This document shows, one piece after another, positions 55,928-63,819 of a stretch of 64,000 nt of DNA (the first letter of the stretch is position 1; every line of letters starts with the position of its first letter). The stretch covers positions 1 through 64,000 of the IMG/VR virus record IMGVR_UViG_3300009849_000001; one strand, 5' to 3'. This DNA comes from a virus. The translations under genes were made by a program, and so were the position numbers. The notes under the pieces are model-generated. The model was not told the DNA's origin. It searched no databases and worked only from the letters and a program-made list of their open reading frames with translations.

Positions 55928-56682
55928 TTTATTTTATCGTTATGGATTTGTATGCATTTAAATAAATAAAGAGCCACTAAAGGCATTACCGCGTTTCCTA
56001 TCGCTCCAATTCTGTCCAGGCTAAAGGGAATCCTATTAAATTTTCGCAGAAATCTGGACTTGGGTAAATCGGATCGTTTTCGCCATCCCGGATATATTCG
56101 TGTAAATTCCCTTTGTAAGTTGAGCTTCCTAAATATCTGTTGCGTGACGCTCCTTTCTTCGTGCTTGCTATGACGGTAGGCAATACAATATAGTCTTTTC
56201 CTACCCTGTTGGATTCCAAAGGTTGTGCCTGAAAGACATTGCCATTCTGCATAATACCCGATTCTGGAAAGGTCGCATAAGACTTGTTCGAATCCTCGAA
56301 CAGCAAGCATTGGGCTGTTTTCAATGATAATGTACTTGGGTCTAACTTGCCCCACAATCCTAAACATTTCACTCCACAATCCAGAACGCTGTCCTTTAAT
56401 TCCTTGGCCTTCTCCTGCAATGCTGATATCTTGGCATGGAAATCCACCGCTGATAATGTCAACATAGTCCGGGGTTTGTAATTTTCTAATATCTTCATAC
56501 TGCTTTGTTTCTGGAAAATTCTTCTTTAAAATTTTACGCTGAAATTCCTGTAGTTCACAACTCCATTTTGTTCTGATATCTAATAATCCTGCACCTAACT
56601 CAAATCCTCCAATACCGCTAAACAGTGAGCCATGGGTTAATTGTTCGTTATTGCTCATCGTGTTTCTTGTTGTATGTATCAC
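55924..56682 (-). CDS. Compact DNA (cytosine-5) methyltransferase (252 aa; alternative start ATG 56658)
   Basis: Motif I LFSGIGGF, motif IV GGFPCQDIS, motif VI IIIENSP, motif VIII QQGRKRLYCIAY, motif X IGNAVMPLV. Very short target-recognition region and no motif IX in this frame. Confidence 0.8.
   Translation of the reverse strand: MIHTTRNTMSNNEQLTHGSLFSGIGGFELGAGLLDIRTKWSCELQEFQRKILKKNFPETKQYEDIRKLQTPDYVDIISGGFPCQDISIAGEGQGIKGQRSGLWSEMFRIVGQVRPKYIIIENSPMLAVRGFEQVLCDLSRIGYYAEWQCLSGTTFGIQQGRKRLYCIAYRHSKHEERSVTQQIFRKLNLQREFTRIYPGWRKRSDLPKSRFLRKFNRIPFSLDRIGAIGNAVMPLVALYLFKCIQIHNDKIK
55998..56498 (-). CDS. Nested +1-frame ORF (166 codons) inside the C5-methyltransferase gene; candidate overlapping gene or frameshift product
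   Basis: Same strand, +1 relative to the methyltransferase frame. ATG start. Ends ...PDFCENLIGFPLAWTELER (motif IX-like GFP..W) just where the methyltransferase-frame motif X begins. Longest same-strand nested ORF in the window by almost 2-fold. Confidence 0.35.
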   Translation of the reverse strand: MKILENYKPRTMLTLSAVDFHAKISALQEKAKELKDSVLDCGVKCLGLWGKLDPSTLSLKTAQCLLFEDSNKSYATFPESGIMQNGNVFQAQPLESNRVGKDYIVLPTVIASTKKGASRNRYLGSSTYKGNLHEYIRDGENDPIYPSPDFCENLIGFPLAWTELER

Positions 56683-56911
56683 AAGCCTCTAAGAATGGCA
56701 CTACAGATACTTCGTTATCGTATGAATCCTCCATCCATTCAACATCTTTATCTTGTCCTTCTTTTCGTTTTGGATACGCATCGTCATGAGGTGCATATCT
56801 CGTAGCTTCCCATGGATTTGATTTGAGTTGAAAATTACCTGAATTTAGATAGAAATCCCCATCATCAAATGAAACTCGTATCACTGTTCTTTCTTTGTCT
56901 GTTATCTCCAT
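56648..56911 (-). CDS. Hypothetical protein (87 aa from ATG 56911)
   Basis: TAATG overlap with the HAD gene stop. The track start at 56968 would overlap the HAD gene by 58 nt. Confidence 0.55.
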   Translation of the reverse strand: MEITDKERTVIRVSFDDGDFYLNSGNFQLKSNPWEATRYAPHDDAYPKRKEGQDKDVEWMEDSYDNEVSVVPFLEACDTYNKKHDEQ

Positions 56912-57345
56912 TAATCTAAACCTCCAATTAAATTCATTTCCAAAAGCATATCTTCCACAGCATCCCAATCAACATATGGTCGGTCGGATAAATCGGGGTC
57001 ATCTGTTAATGGAATACCTAACGCAGCATCATCAATATACAACTGACAATAAGCTTTTGGGGAATTAGTCCAATTTTTTTGCGTGGGATTAGTCTGGATA
57101 CCGTACAATGGGATATCATTTTCTTTAAACCAATTAACTGCTGTGGTTAAATGATCACCGCCTTCAGGTATTATCTCTGGCCCTACCGGTTCGGGATTAG
57201 GTTTATTGCCTCGCATTGTAAACAATATTAACTGGTGGCCTTTTTCAACCAATTTCTTTAATACCGGCACTGAACCAATATTTTTACCCACTCTTGGAAA
57301 ATCATGCGTTACACATGTTCCATCAAAATCAATTCCTATAATCAT
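56911..57345 (-). CDS. HAD-superfamily phosphatase-like protein (144 aa)
   Basis: N-terminal IGIDFDGT (DxDxT nucleophile motif) and LFTMRG. Confidence 0.5.
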   Translation of the reverse strand: MIIGIDFDGTCVTHDFPRVGKNIGSVPVLKKLVEKGHQLILFTMRGNKPNPEPVGPEIIPEGGDHLTTAVNWFKENDIPLYGIQTNPTQKNWTNSPKAYCQLYIDDAALGIPLTDDPDLSDRPYVDWDAVEDMLLEMNLIGGLD

Positions 57346-57349
57346 ATCG

Positions 57350-57649
57350 CTATTTTTTTCTATTAATAAAATACCATTCGGTATTGCATTCTAAGCAGAA
57401 ATATCCACCATTAGGATTTTTACGGGAATTCGGATCACCGCATTCAGGACACAACGCTTTAATATCTTTAGGTGTTTCTTTTGTAATGATACAGTCATCA
57501 AAATCTACAAAACCAATGCACCTAACACTTATTTGCACCTTATATTTACTTGGATGCGGATCACCATCAGAAATGGTGGTGAATTCTTCTCCCACCTTAT
57601 CATTGTACCACCATTCAGGATTAGTACATTTTGTTATTTTTATTTTCAT
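57350..57649 (-). CDS. Zinc-ribbon protein (99 aa)
   Basis: CPECGD...CLECN. Confidence 0.55.
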   Translation of the reverse strand: MKIKITKCTNPEWWYNDKVGEEFTTISDGDPHPSKYKVQISVRCIGFVDFDDCIITKETPKDIKALCPECGDPNSRKNPNGGYFCLECNTEWYFINRKK

Positions 57650-57761
57650 GGCATATCTAATTTTAAATTCTGTCTGTAATTCTCAAGCCTTTTAATACTA
57701 TCTGAATTATTTTTTCTTACCACATTTTGTGCATTTCCGGATAAATAGTGTATTTCATAAA

Positions 57762-58052
57762 TTAAGGTTGTGAATCCATATCGTAAAAACCCATTTGCTT
57801 TAATACTGGATCATCCTTAACATCTATATCAAGAAGATCCACTAATAGATAATTTTGAAAATCCTCAATTACTTTAGCTGATAGTTTTTTCTTAACACGG
57901 GTTAATGCATCCTTACCACGCATCATCTTATCTATAAGTTCAATTTTCTGAATGATGATTTCTTTTAACTGTTTTTCACTATAACCTTCCAGTTGTTTTT
58001 CAAGAGCCTCACGCTTTGCTTTGTCCATACTATTGTTGTTTTGGTTCCCCAT
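57762..58052 (-). CDS. Hypothetical protein (96 aa; alternative start 58028)
   Basis: Tiled ORF. Confidence 0.55.
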   Translation of the reverse strand: MGNQNNNSMDKAKREALEKQLEGYSEKQLKEIIIQKIELIDKMMRGKDALTRVKKKLSAKVIEDFQNYLLVDLLDIDVKDDPVLKQMGFYDMDSQP

Positions 58053-58431
58053 GTAAATATCCTAGCTCTGTGGCTAATTGTCGAATCTCCTTCATTGCTT
58101 CATCGGGATAACCCCAATGAGGACAATACAAACCGCCATATCCGTTATTGTGATTGGTATCCGCTCCTGTTTGAATGAACTCTTTAAAATCCTTCGTTAA
58201 ACTCCATAGAGTACCGCCATGGTGAAAGTGTTTTGGTGGGTATCCGTTTTTGGTATTCAAACACATTTGTTCGCCATTCCATTCATTCACCATGTAGAGT
58301 CTACCGTTGCGTTGGAATATTTCAGACACAGCTATTCCGTGCTTGAAAAATTGACGGCCAGTGGATGCAATTTTTTGAATGATTTTATTAACTGTATCAA
58401 TCCTTTGCTGCCTTGTTTTGTTATTTTCCAT
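58030..58431 (-). CDS. Hypothetical protein (133 aa)
   Basis: Tiled ORF. Confidence 0.6.
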   Translation of the reverse strand: MENNKTRQQRIDTVNKIIQKIASTGRQFFKHGIAVSEIFQRNGRLYMVNEWNGEQMCLNTKNGYPPKHFHHGGTLWSLTKDFKEFIQTGADTNHNNGYGGLYCPHWGYPDEAMKEIRQLATELGYLHGEPKQQ

Positions 58432-58789
58432 TTTCCTCTAATTTATTGTAACAATCTAAAATCGATTTCGGGGATGTTTTTTGAGTGTAAGCAATTGATT
58501 CCCCACCATACTTAATGAAGTTATGCATTAACTTACATGTAAATGCCGCATTACCAACAATAGCAATCACGAGGAATGGGAAAAACACAAGGATCCGTAA
58601 TAATATTGCATAGGGTGTTTTCTTGTATGGTTTATTAAAACGGTATTCATTCAACCAATTTTCAAGATCCTGAGAAGTTACCGGAATATAATCCCCTTCC
58701 TTCAAATGCCCATATCCAGATCCAACCATTTTCATTTTAACAAACTGCTTTGCTGTTAATTTTGTACTGACTGTTTTTTGACTATTCAT
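58421..58789 (-). CDS. Hypothetical membrane protein (122 aa)
   Basis: ILLRILVFFPFLVIAIVGNAAF TM helix. Confidence 0.55.
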   Translation of the reverse strand: MNSQKTVSTKLTAKQFVKMKMVGSGYGHLKEGDYIPVTSQDLENWLNEYRFNKPYKKTPYAILLRILVFFPFLVIAIVGNAAFTCKLMHNFIKYGGESIAYTQKTSPKSILDCYNKLEENGK

Positions 58790-58806
58790 AAAGCTTTAAA
58801 TTTTGA

Positions 58807-59226
58807 TTATTTAAGTGTCTTTAACTTCTCTTTGATTGAGGATAGTGTTTTTAGGGCTTCCTTTAATTCGGCTATAGGTAAATTGTGATTTATATTCCAA
58901 AAACAGCCCGTAATGCTTTCTATCTTGTCTTTAAGCTTTACCTGCTCCCTTAAAATGTTCATGGCCGCTGATTGATCTTCAATTTTAACAGGGCCCTTCA
59001 TAGTTTCCATGTATCCGGCACTGGATATGGCTGTATCCAGAAAAATACCTCCAACCCTTCTCCCATCTGATTTACGATACCTCACATGTCCGTCAACAAT
59101 AAATTGGGTTTTTATAACCCTACTGACCAACTTCTCTATATAGAATACTTTGACTTTAGAATGATCTATCGCCACATACTCCTGTATGAACACCTTGTCA
59201 TTAACTTTTACGTCCTGAAAATTCAT
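58807..59226 (-). CDS. Hypothetical protein (139 aa)
   Basis: ATG 23 nt downstream of the cassette C box. Confidence 0.6.
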   Translation of the reverse strand: MNFQDVKVNDKVFIQEYVAIDHSKVKVFYIEKLVSRVIKTQFIVDGHVRYRKSDGRRVGGIFLDTAISSAGYMETMKGPVKIEDQSAAMNILREQVKLKDKIESITGCFWNINHNLPIAELKEALKTLSSIKEKLKTLK

Positions 59227-59248
59227 ATCAATATTTATTTATTTACCA

Positions 59249-59294
59249 CAAATCTAAGCATTAAAAAAGAAAAACGCAACAGCGTGTTGCGTTT
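59249..59294 (-). promoter_or_regulatory. Terminator-promoter cassette, copy C
   Basis: Hairpin aaacgcaaca-gcg-tgttgcgttt (59272-59294), with the TAGATTTG box at 59256-59249. Confidence 0.6.
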
Positions 59295-59299
59295 ATTTG

Positions 59300-59836
59300 T
59301 TAAGATATCAGTCTGCTTTTAAGATCGTTTATCTCAGCCTCTAACATCTTATTGTGTTCTTTGATGTTTATTGGTATTACTGAGATGTTATCGCAGTTTT
59401 CTGCACTGTAGATAGCATCCTCTTTAGAATAAACCCCTGCATGCTTTTTGTCAGTTGAGTACCCTTTGTAATCAGGTCTATAATAACCGCCTTTAAGAAT
59501 GTAGCAATATTTAATTTCCGGATTATCCGCAATTGCTTTTAATTTCACACTCCTTTCACGTTCTGTTATTAATAATGCTGCCTCTGATCTGGGAATTCTT
59601 TTACCTTCAAAAATAATTACATCTAAGTAATCACATCTTTTAACAGGAAGATTATCGGCTGTTACAATATCACCATCCACTAGGTACCATGTTTCCATAT
59701 ATAATGACTGGAAAAGCCCCTCTTGTGCTCTGGTTTCTTCGTCACAAAAAACCACACCACAGATACAATTGTGTCCATCTTCAAGCTTATCGCAATCTAT
59801 TTCCCAAGCTTTTTTAATAATTTTTGCCTCTTTCAT
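59300..59836 (-). CDS. Hypothetical protein (178 aa)
   Basis: Tiled ORF. Confidence 0.6.
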   Translation of the reverse strand: MKEAKIIKKAWEIDCDKLEDGHNCICGVVFCDEETRAQEGLFQSLYMETWYLVDGDIVTADNLPVKRCDYLDVIIFEGKRIPRSEAALLITERERSVKLKAIADNPEIKYCYILKGGYYRPDYKGYSTDKKHAGVYSKEDAIYSAENCDNISVIPINIKEHNKMLEAEINDLKSRLIS

Positions 59837-59838
59837 CT

Positions 59839-60372
59839 TTATATTTTTTTATGTCTGCAAATTCCCTTTTCATCTGGCTTAGTCCATTCCCTACGCCTAT
59901 TTTTATGTAGTTTACGTCTACTGTAATCAAGTAGTGTTTTGGTATCTACACCAAATATTCTGGATGTATCTACAAGAAGAGTTAAGCAGTCTGCTAATTC
60001 ATAACAGACTTCTTCTTTTAACTCTCTAAGTTCTTTTATTGTGGGTTCTTCGGTATGATCATATATTAAAGATAACGCTTCAATAAGTTCGCCTACCTCT
60101 TCTTTAAGGTGGTTGGCTGGTCCTATTGGATTCCATCTATCCCCAAACACAGAATCAGACCATTCACCGGTATCATCCTGAAATAACTGGAAATCACTCT
60201 TTTTATTTCGTTCCATCAACTCCAAACGTCTCTTTATGCCAAATGGGTTACACCTATCATTATCACACACTGGACAATTATCTAATTCTGGTGCATCACT
60301 GTTACATCTAGGACAAAAGGCCCCTTGAAAAATAGCCTTTATGTATTTTATAATTTTATTCAGTTTTTTCAT
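59839..60372 (-). CDS. MazG-like (all-alpha NTP pyrophosphohydrolase) protein with an N-terminal zinc ribbon (177 aa from ATG 60372)
   Basis: CPRC...CPVC, then HLKEEVGELIEA and ELADCLTLLVD, which resemble the MazG EExxE/ExxD helices. Confidence 0.5.
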   Translation of the reverse strand: MKKLNKIIKYIKAIFQGAFCPRCNSDAPELDNCPVCDNDRCNPFGIKRRLELMERNKKSDFQLFQDDTGEWSDSVFGDRWNPIGPANHLKEEVGELIEALSLIYDHTEEPTIKELRELKEEVCYELADCLTLLVDTSRIFGVDTKTLLDYSRRKLHKNRRREWTKPDEKGICRHKKI

Positions 60373-60877
60373 TCTGTTCAGTTTTGGGATTAATAGTAAA
60401 ATCATTTGGCAGTTGTGACGTAATTGTTTTTTGACAATTATAACACAGTTCACCAGGCTTTAGAACGGGAATACTTTTACAGTGGCCACAGAAATACAGA
60501 GGTGGTTCCCTTTTATCCTTAAAGCTACAATCACCATCAGAAGAACAACCATGAGTAACTGTCACCTGATCACAAAAAGAATCATGTAGACATTCCGGGA
60601 ATGGTTCTATTATTTCATCGTAAGCAACTGCAATACCCTCTTTAAAAGCTTCAATTTCTGTAAGCCTGTCATTTAAGTTTTGTAAATGCATACCGTAACA
60701 CCATTCAACAAATGCCTCTCTCTGCAGGTCGGCAGCCTGAACCTTTATATCACAGGCACTTTTAAAATTTACCTTTTCCTGTTTTTTATTGGGCTTCCGG
60801 CGGTGGATTATATCCCTAACCATTAAATACAATGCGGTAATCATTATAAATACTTCCATTAAATCAAATTTCATCAC
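60356..60877 (-). CDS. Hypothetical membrane-anchored Cys-rich protein (173 aa)
   Basis: N-terminal TM FIMITALYLMV. Several Cys pairs, including GHCKS and CYNC. Confidence 0.55.
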   Translation of the reverse strand: MMKFDLMEVFIMITALYLMVRDIIHRRKPNKKQEKVNFKSACDIKVQAADLQREAFVEWCYGMHLQNLNDRLTEIEAFKEGIAVAYDEIIEPFPECLHDSFCDQVTVTHGCSSDGDCSFKDKREPPLYFCGHCKSIPVLKPGELCYNCQKTITSQLPNDFTINPKTEQNEKTE

Positions 60878-60894
60878 TTTGGTTTTAATTATTA

Positions 60895-61215
60895 TTAATC
60901 GATTTTTATCCTGAATTCCTCATCAACACCAACCTCATCCATCATTTGATTACAGGCGTTGATATTTATTAACACAAACTCATCCCAAGTGTTATGCTTT
61001 CTGTCAAACATTTTTTCAACATTACACAATGTAGGTCTGTTTTCGTAGACTGAACATTTATTATCCACAAGTTTGGAACACACTCCTTTTTCATCAAACT
61101 CATATGGGAAATATAACTTACTGTTAGGATCACTGCACTCTCTTAAGTTCTCCACTATAAAACCTATTCTAGTACAACAAACACCGCATTTGGTGCATGG
61201 AAATTTCTTTTTCAT
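60895..61215 (-). CDS. YkgJ-family (CxxCxxCC) zinc/iron-binding protein
   Basis: FPCTKCGVCCTRIG matches the CxxCxxCC signature. Confidence 0.6.
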   Translation of the reverse strand: MKKKFPCTKCGVCCTRIGFIVENLRECSDPNSKLYFPYEFDEKGVCSKLVDNKCSVYENRPTLCNVEKMFDRKHNTWDEFVLININACNQMMDEVGVDEEFRIKID

Positions 61216-61266
61216 TTTGCAGGTTTAAAAAAGGCTGTCTTATTGTGAAGACAGCCTTGAGTTATA

Positions 61267-61977
61267 CTAAAAAGGTAAATCATCATCCTCTTCTGTTTCC
61301 GGTGGTGCATCCTCCTCGGTATGAGGTGGAGGTGTAGCGGTATTTGGTGGGTTCTGCCCACTAGCATTATTTTGTTCGTAATCCTCTGGCTTGTGTGCTT
61401 CATATGAAGCATGTACCGCAGGGATTAAGTGGGTTTCAACCAGTTCTTTTATAAGAAGGTCAACTTTCGTAAAATCCCGCCTCTCTATCCCGTTTTCCGT
61501 GTATTTTGACATTAACGGATCAAACTTTTCTTTAGGATCGTATTTGTTTGGGACCTTCTCACCTGCATCAATAACAGCACAATTTACATACTCTATAGTA
61601 TTGTCAGCACCTTCCGGTTTAAACTTCCCTTTAAAAACTCTTAGAGTCATATTGGAAAAGTCTCTAACTGACAAAAGTTTATTGATTATACCTCTTGACA
61701 TTTGAGTCATATTCATCTGAACAAAATACAATTCATTTTTGCCATTAGGGGAAACTTTCATGCAAAAATTATGAATTGCTTTACCTTCATAATCTCCAAC
61801 TTTCCATTCTACAGATTGAATTCTGACATCTCTTAGTGTCGTGTGTGTGCCTACGGGTTCGTTTGGAACATCTTTCCCCATGGCCTGCTCGATACTCCAA
61901 CCCCATTCACCATCTGCTTTCCCTCTTAATCGTATGAAAAAGATTTTGCCCTCATCATCACTTGTAAATCCTGACAT
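61267..61977 (-). CDS. Single-stranded DNA-binding protein, T7 gp2.5-like
   Basis: Acidic C-terminal tail ending ETEEDDDLPF (SSB-type DDD[IL]PF tip). Length of 236 aa is close to gp2.5. The core is not a canonical bacterial OB-SSB sequence. Confidence 0.55.
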   Translation of the reverse strand: MSGFTSDDEGKIFFIRLRGKADGEWGWSIEQAMGKDVPNEPVGTHTTLRDVRIQSVEWKVGDYEGKAIHNFCMKVSPNGKNELYFVQMNMTQMSRGIINKLLSVRDFSNMTLRVFKGKFKPEGADNTIEYVNCAVIDAGEKVPNKYDPKEKFDPLMSKYTENGIERRDFTKVDLLIKELVETHLIPAVHASYEAHKPEDYEQNNASGQNPPNTATPPPHTEEDAPPETEEDDDLPF

Positions 61978-61978
61978 T

Positions 61979-62194
61979 TTATTTTGTTTTATAACGTTTC
62001 AAATACTCATCGGCATACTCATCTGGAACCATGAATTCTGTATTACCATTAATTAAACTGAGCCTAGACTTTAATCTTTTGTCCTTATTCTTACAGTCTA
62101 TTCGCCTGTATATAGTAGCTCTATTCAGTCCCATCAACTCAGAGAGCCTAATAGGAGTTGTCCATATTTTATTAGGTTTTCTCTTTTTCCTCAT
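61979..62194 (-). CDS. Excisionase/AlpA-like HTH DNA-binding protein (71 aa)
   Basis: IRLSELMGLNRATIYRRI fits the AlpA/Xis-type HTH pattern. Confidence 0.5.
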   Translation of the reverse strand: MRKKRKPNKIWTTPIRLSELMGLNRATIYRRIDCKNKDKRLKSRLSLINGNTEFMVPDEYADEYLKRYKTK

Positions 62195-62208
62195 TTTTAC
62201 ATTTAAAA

Positions 62209-62667
62209 TTAAAACTTAAAAATCAATCCTCCATGAATAGGAGATAAGGTGTAATCTATTTCGGCTAAAATTTTTCTATTCTTCCGGATCTTTAAAGTTC
62301 CATCTGCAATAAACAATATTGATACTGCAGATACTACATATCTTGCATTCCTACGCCTAATACCTCTGTTTTTACACCTTCCATTCTCCCAATATTGAGG
62401 AACATCCATGAAGCATCCGGCAAAAGTAAGGCCGGCTGTACCAATAGCAAGCTCTATATATCCAATATCTATATTAGTTTTGTACTTCTTTAATTGCCTA
62501 CGGGCATAATTAGCATTTTTAAATAGCTGAATTTTATTCTCCCGGATAGTATGCTTTGTTACTCCATTAGGATTTGGAATGTGTAAACCCCAATCTTTTT
62601 CCTGAGCATAGGAGTTGGATCCTATGCTCAAGATAAATATCAGCAATAAACATCTGAATACTACCAT
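62209..62667 (-). CDS. Secreted OMP-like protein (152 aa from ATG 62667)
   Basis: Signal peptide MVVFRCLLLIFILSIGSNSYAQE. C-terminus ...GGLIFKF ends in an aromatic residue, as in outer-membrane beta-barrel proteins. Confidence 0.5.
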   Translation of the reverse strand: MVVFRCLLLIFILSIGSNSYAQEKDWGLHIPNPNGVTKHTIRENKIQLFKNANYARRQLKKYKTNIDIGYIELAIGTAGLTFAGCFMDVPQYWENGRCKNRGIRRRNARYVVSAVSILFIADGTLKIRKNRKILAEIDYTLSPIHGGLIFKF

Positions 62668-63683
62668 TTGACTACACTGTTTGTATAATCCCACTCTATA
62701 CGCTCCCAATTACCATTCCATATGATGTTTAATGTACCATCAGCATTAAATGGGTTGGCAGGAAGTTCTAATTTTAGTTCATGGGTTTTCATTCCTTGGA
62801 TTAATGGCACTGGAATAGAAAACTTATGCACTACACATGAATTATGGCGTTTGGTAATAGTTATAACCAGTTCAAGCTTTTGATTATTATTGGTAGTTAT
62901 TAATTCTTTGTTATTAAATACAGTTAGATAATTGGAGTGTTTCTTTGAATCACAGGGTACATACTGCCCAATCATATCCCCGTTGAATTTAAGAATGTAT
63001 GAGGGATAGTATTTATTGATACAATTATTCACAAACTGGACCGCTAACATATCATTAATTGGAGTCATATTTAATACAGCATCGTATGTTTTTGCCTCAG
63101 CAACATTAATAGTAGTATCCCCAACAAAATGTTTATAGATTAGACTCTGATAATTATCAGCCTTTTCGAGTTCATTCAATTCCAAATATGGACCATGGTA
63201 TAAAAATCCTGTCCATCTATCAAAATAACCTATAGCATTGGCCGATGTTTCGCCCTGTGCTTTATTCTGAAAGGAAACACCCTTCACAACATTAAGTCCG
63301 TGTTGTAATGCCAATAGCTTTATATCTTCTCCACCAGTTTCACCATACTCAACATAGTCAAATTCTTTATTATGAGTCCGAACACCTTCATAGTTGTCTA
63401 CAGTGATACTTATAGTGTCTACTCCTATTGGCGCACCACCTCTTTTGTATGTTCCTGACTTCAATTCACTTTTCTGTTTTGAACTAATACCGATGTTTGA
63501 TTTTTCAATACCTGTGTGATTTTGAGTAATCACATAACCACCACCTGAAACAACATCGTAGCTCTGAGTGTGTAAAACCAAATCACCGGTTAAGTCATCG
63601 GTTAAAACATTGTTTTCATTGCACGATGTAAATAAGAACATCATAAACAATAGTACAGTAAAGCAACCTAATAATTTTTTCAT
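62661..63683 (-). CDS. Lipoprotein (340 aa)
   Basis: MKKLLGCFTVLLFMMFLFTSCNENN: signal peptide with a lipobox Cys. Confidence 0.7.
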   Translation of the reverse strand: MKKLLGCFTVLLFMMFLFTSCNENNVLTDDLTGDLVLHTQSYDVVSGGGYVITQNHTGIEKSNIGISSKQKSELKSGTYKRGGAPIGVDTISITVDNYEGVRTHNKEFDYVEYGETGGEDIKLLALQHGLNVVKGVSFQNKAQGETSANAIGYFDRWTGFLYHGPYLELNELEKADNYQSLIYKHFVGDTTINVAEAKTYDAVLNMTPINDMLAVQFVNNCINKYYPSYILKFNGDMIGQYVPCDSKKHSNYLTVFNNKELITTNNNQKLELVITITKRHNSCVVHKFSIPVPLIQGMKTHELKLELPANPFNADGTLNIIWNGNWERIEWDYTNSVVKW

Positions 63684-63706
63684 TTTTACGTTTAAATTTA
63701 ATTAAT

Positions 63707-63741
63707 AAAAAAAGAGTTTACGTTATAACAAACGTAAACTC
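63707..63741 (-). terminator. Strong intrinsic terminator between cassette D and the lipoprotein start
   Basis: Perfect 11-bp stem gagtttacgtt-ataaca-aacgtaaactc followed on the minus strand by U7. Confidence 0.65.
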
Positions 63742-63766
63742 TGTTCGTGTTATACACTTGTGGCTA

Positions 63767-63810
63767 CAAATATACAACTACTTTTTATAAATGCAACAAT
63801 GTGTTGCGTT
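63767..63810 (-). promoter_or_regulatory. Terminator-promoter cassette, copy D (variant)
   Basis: Hairpin aatgcaaca-atg-tgttgcgtt (63790-63810) directly after the endolysin stop, with the TATATTTG box at 63774-63767. The T-run lies on the plus-strand side in this copy. Confidence 0.5.
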
Positions 63811-63819
63811 TTTTTAATA

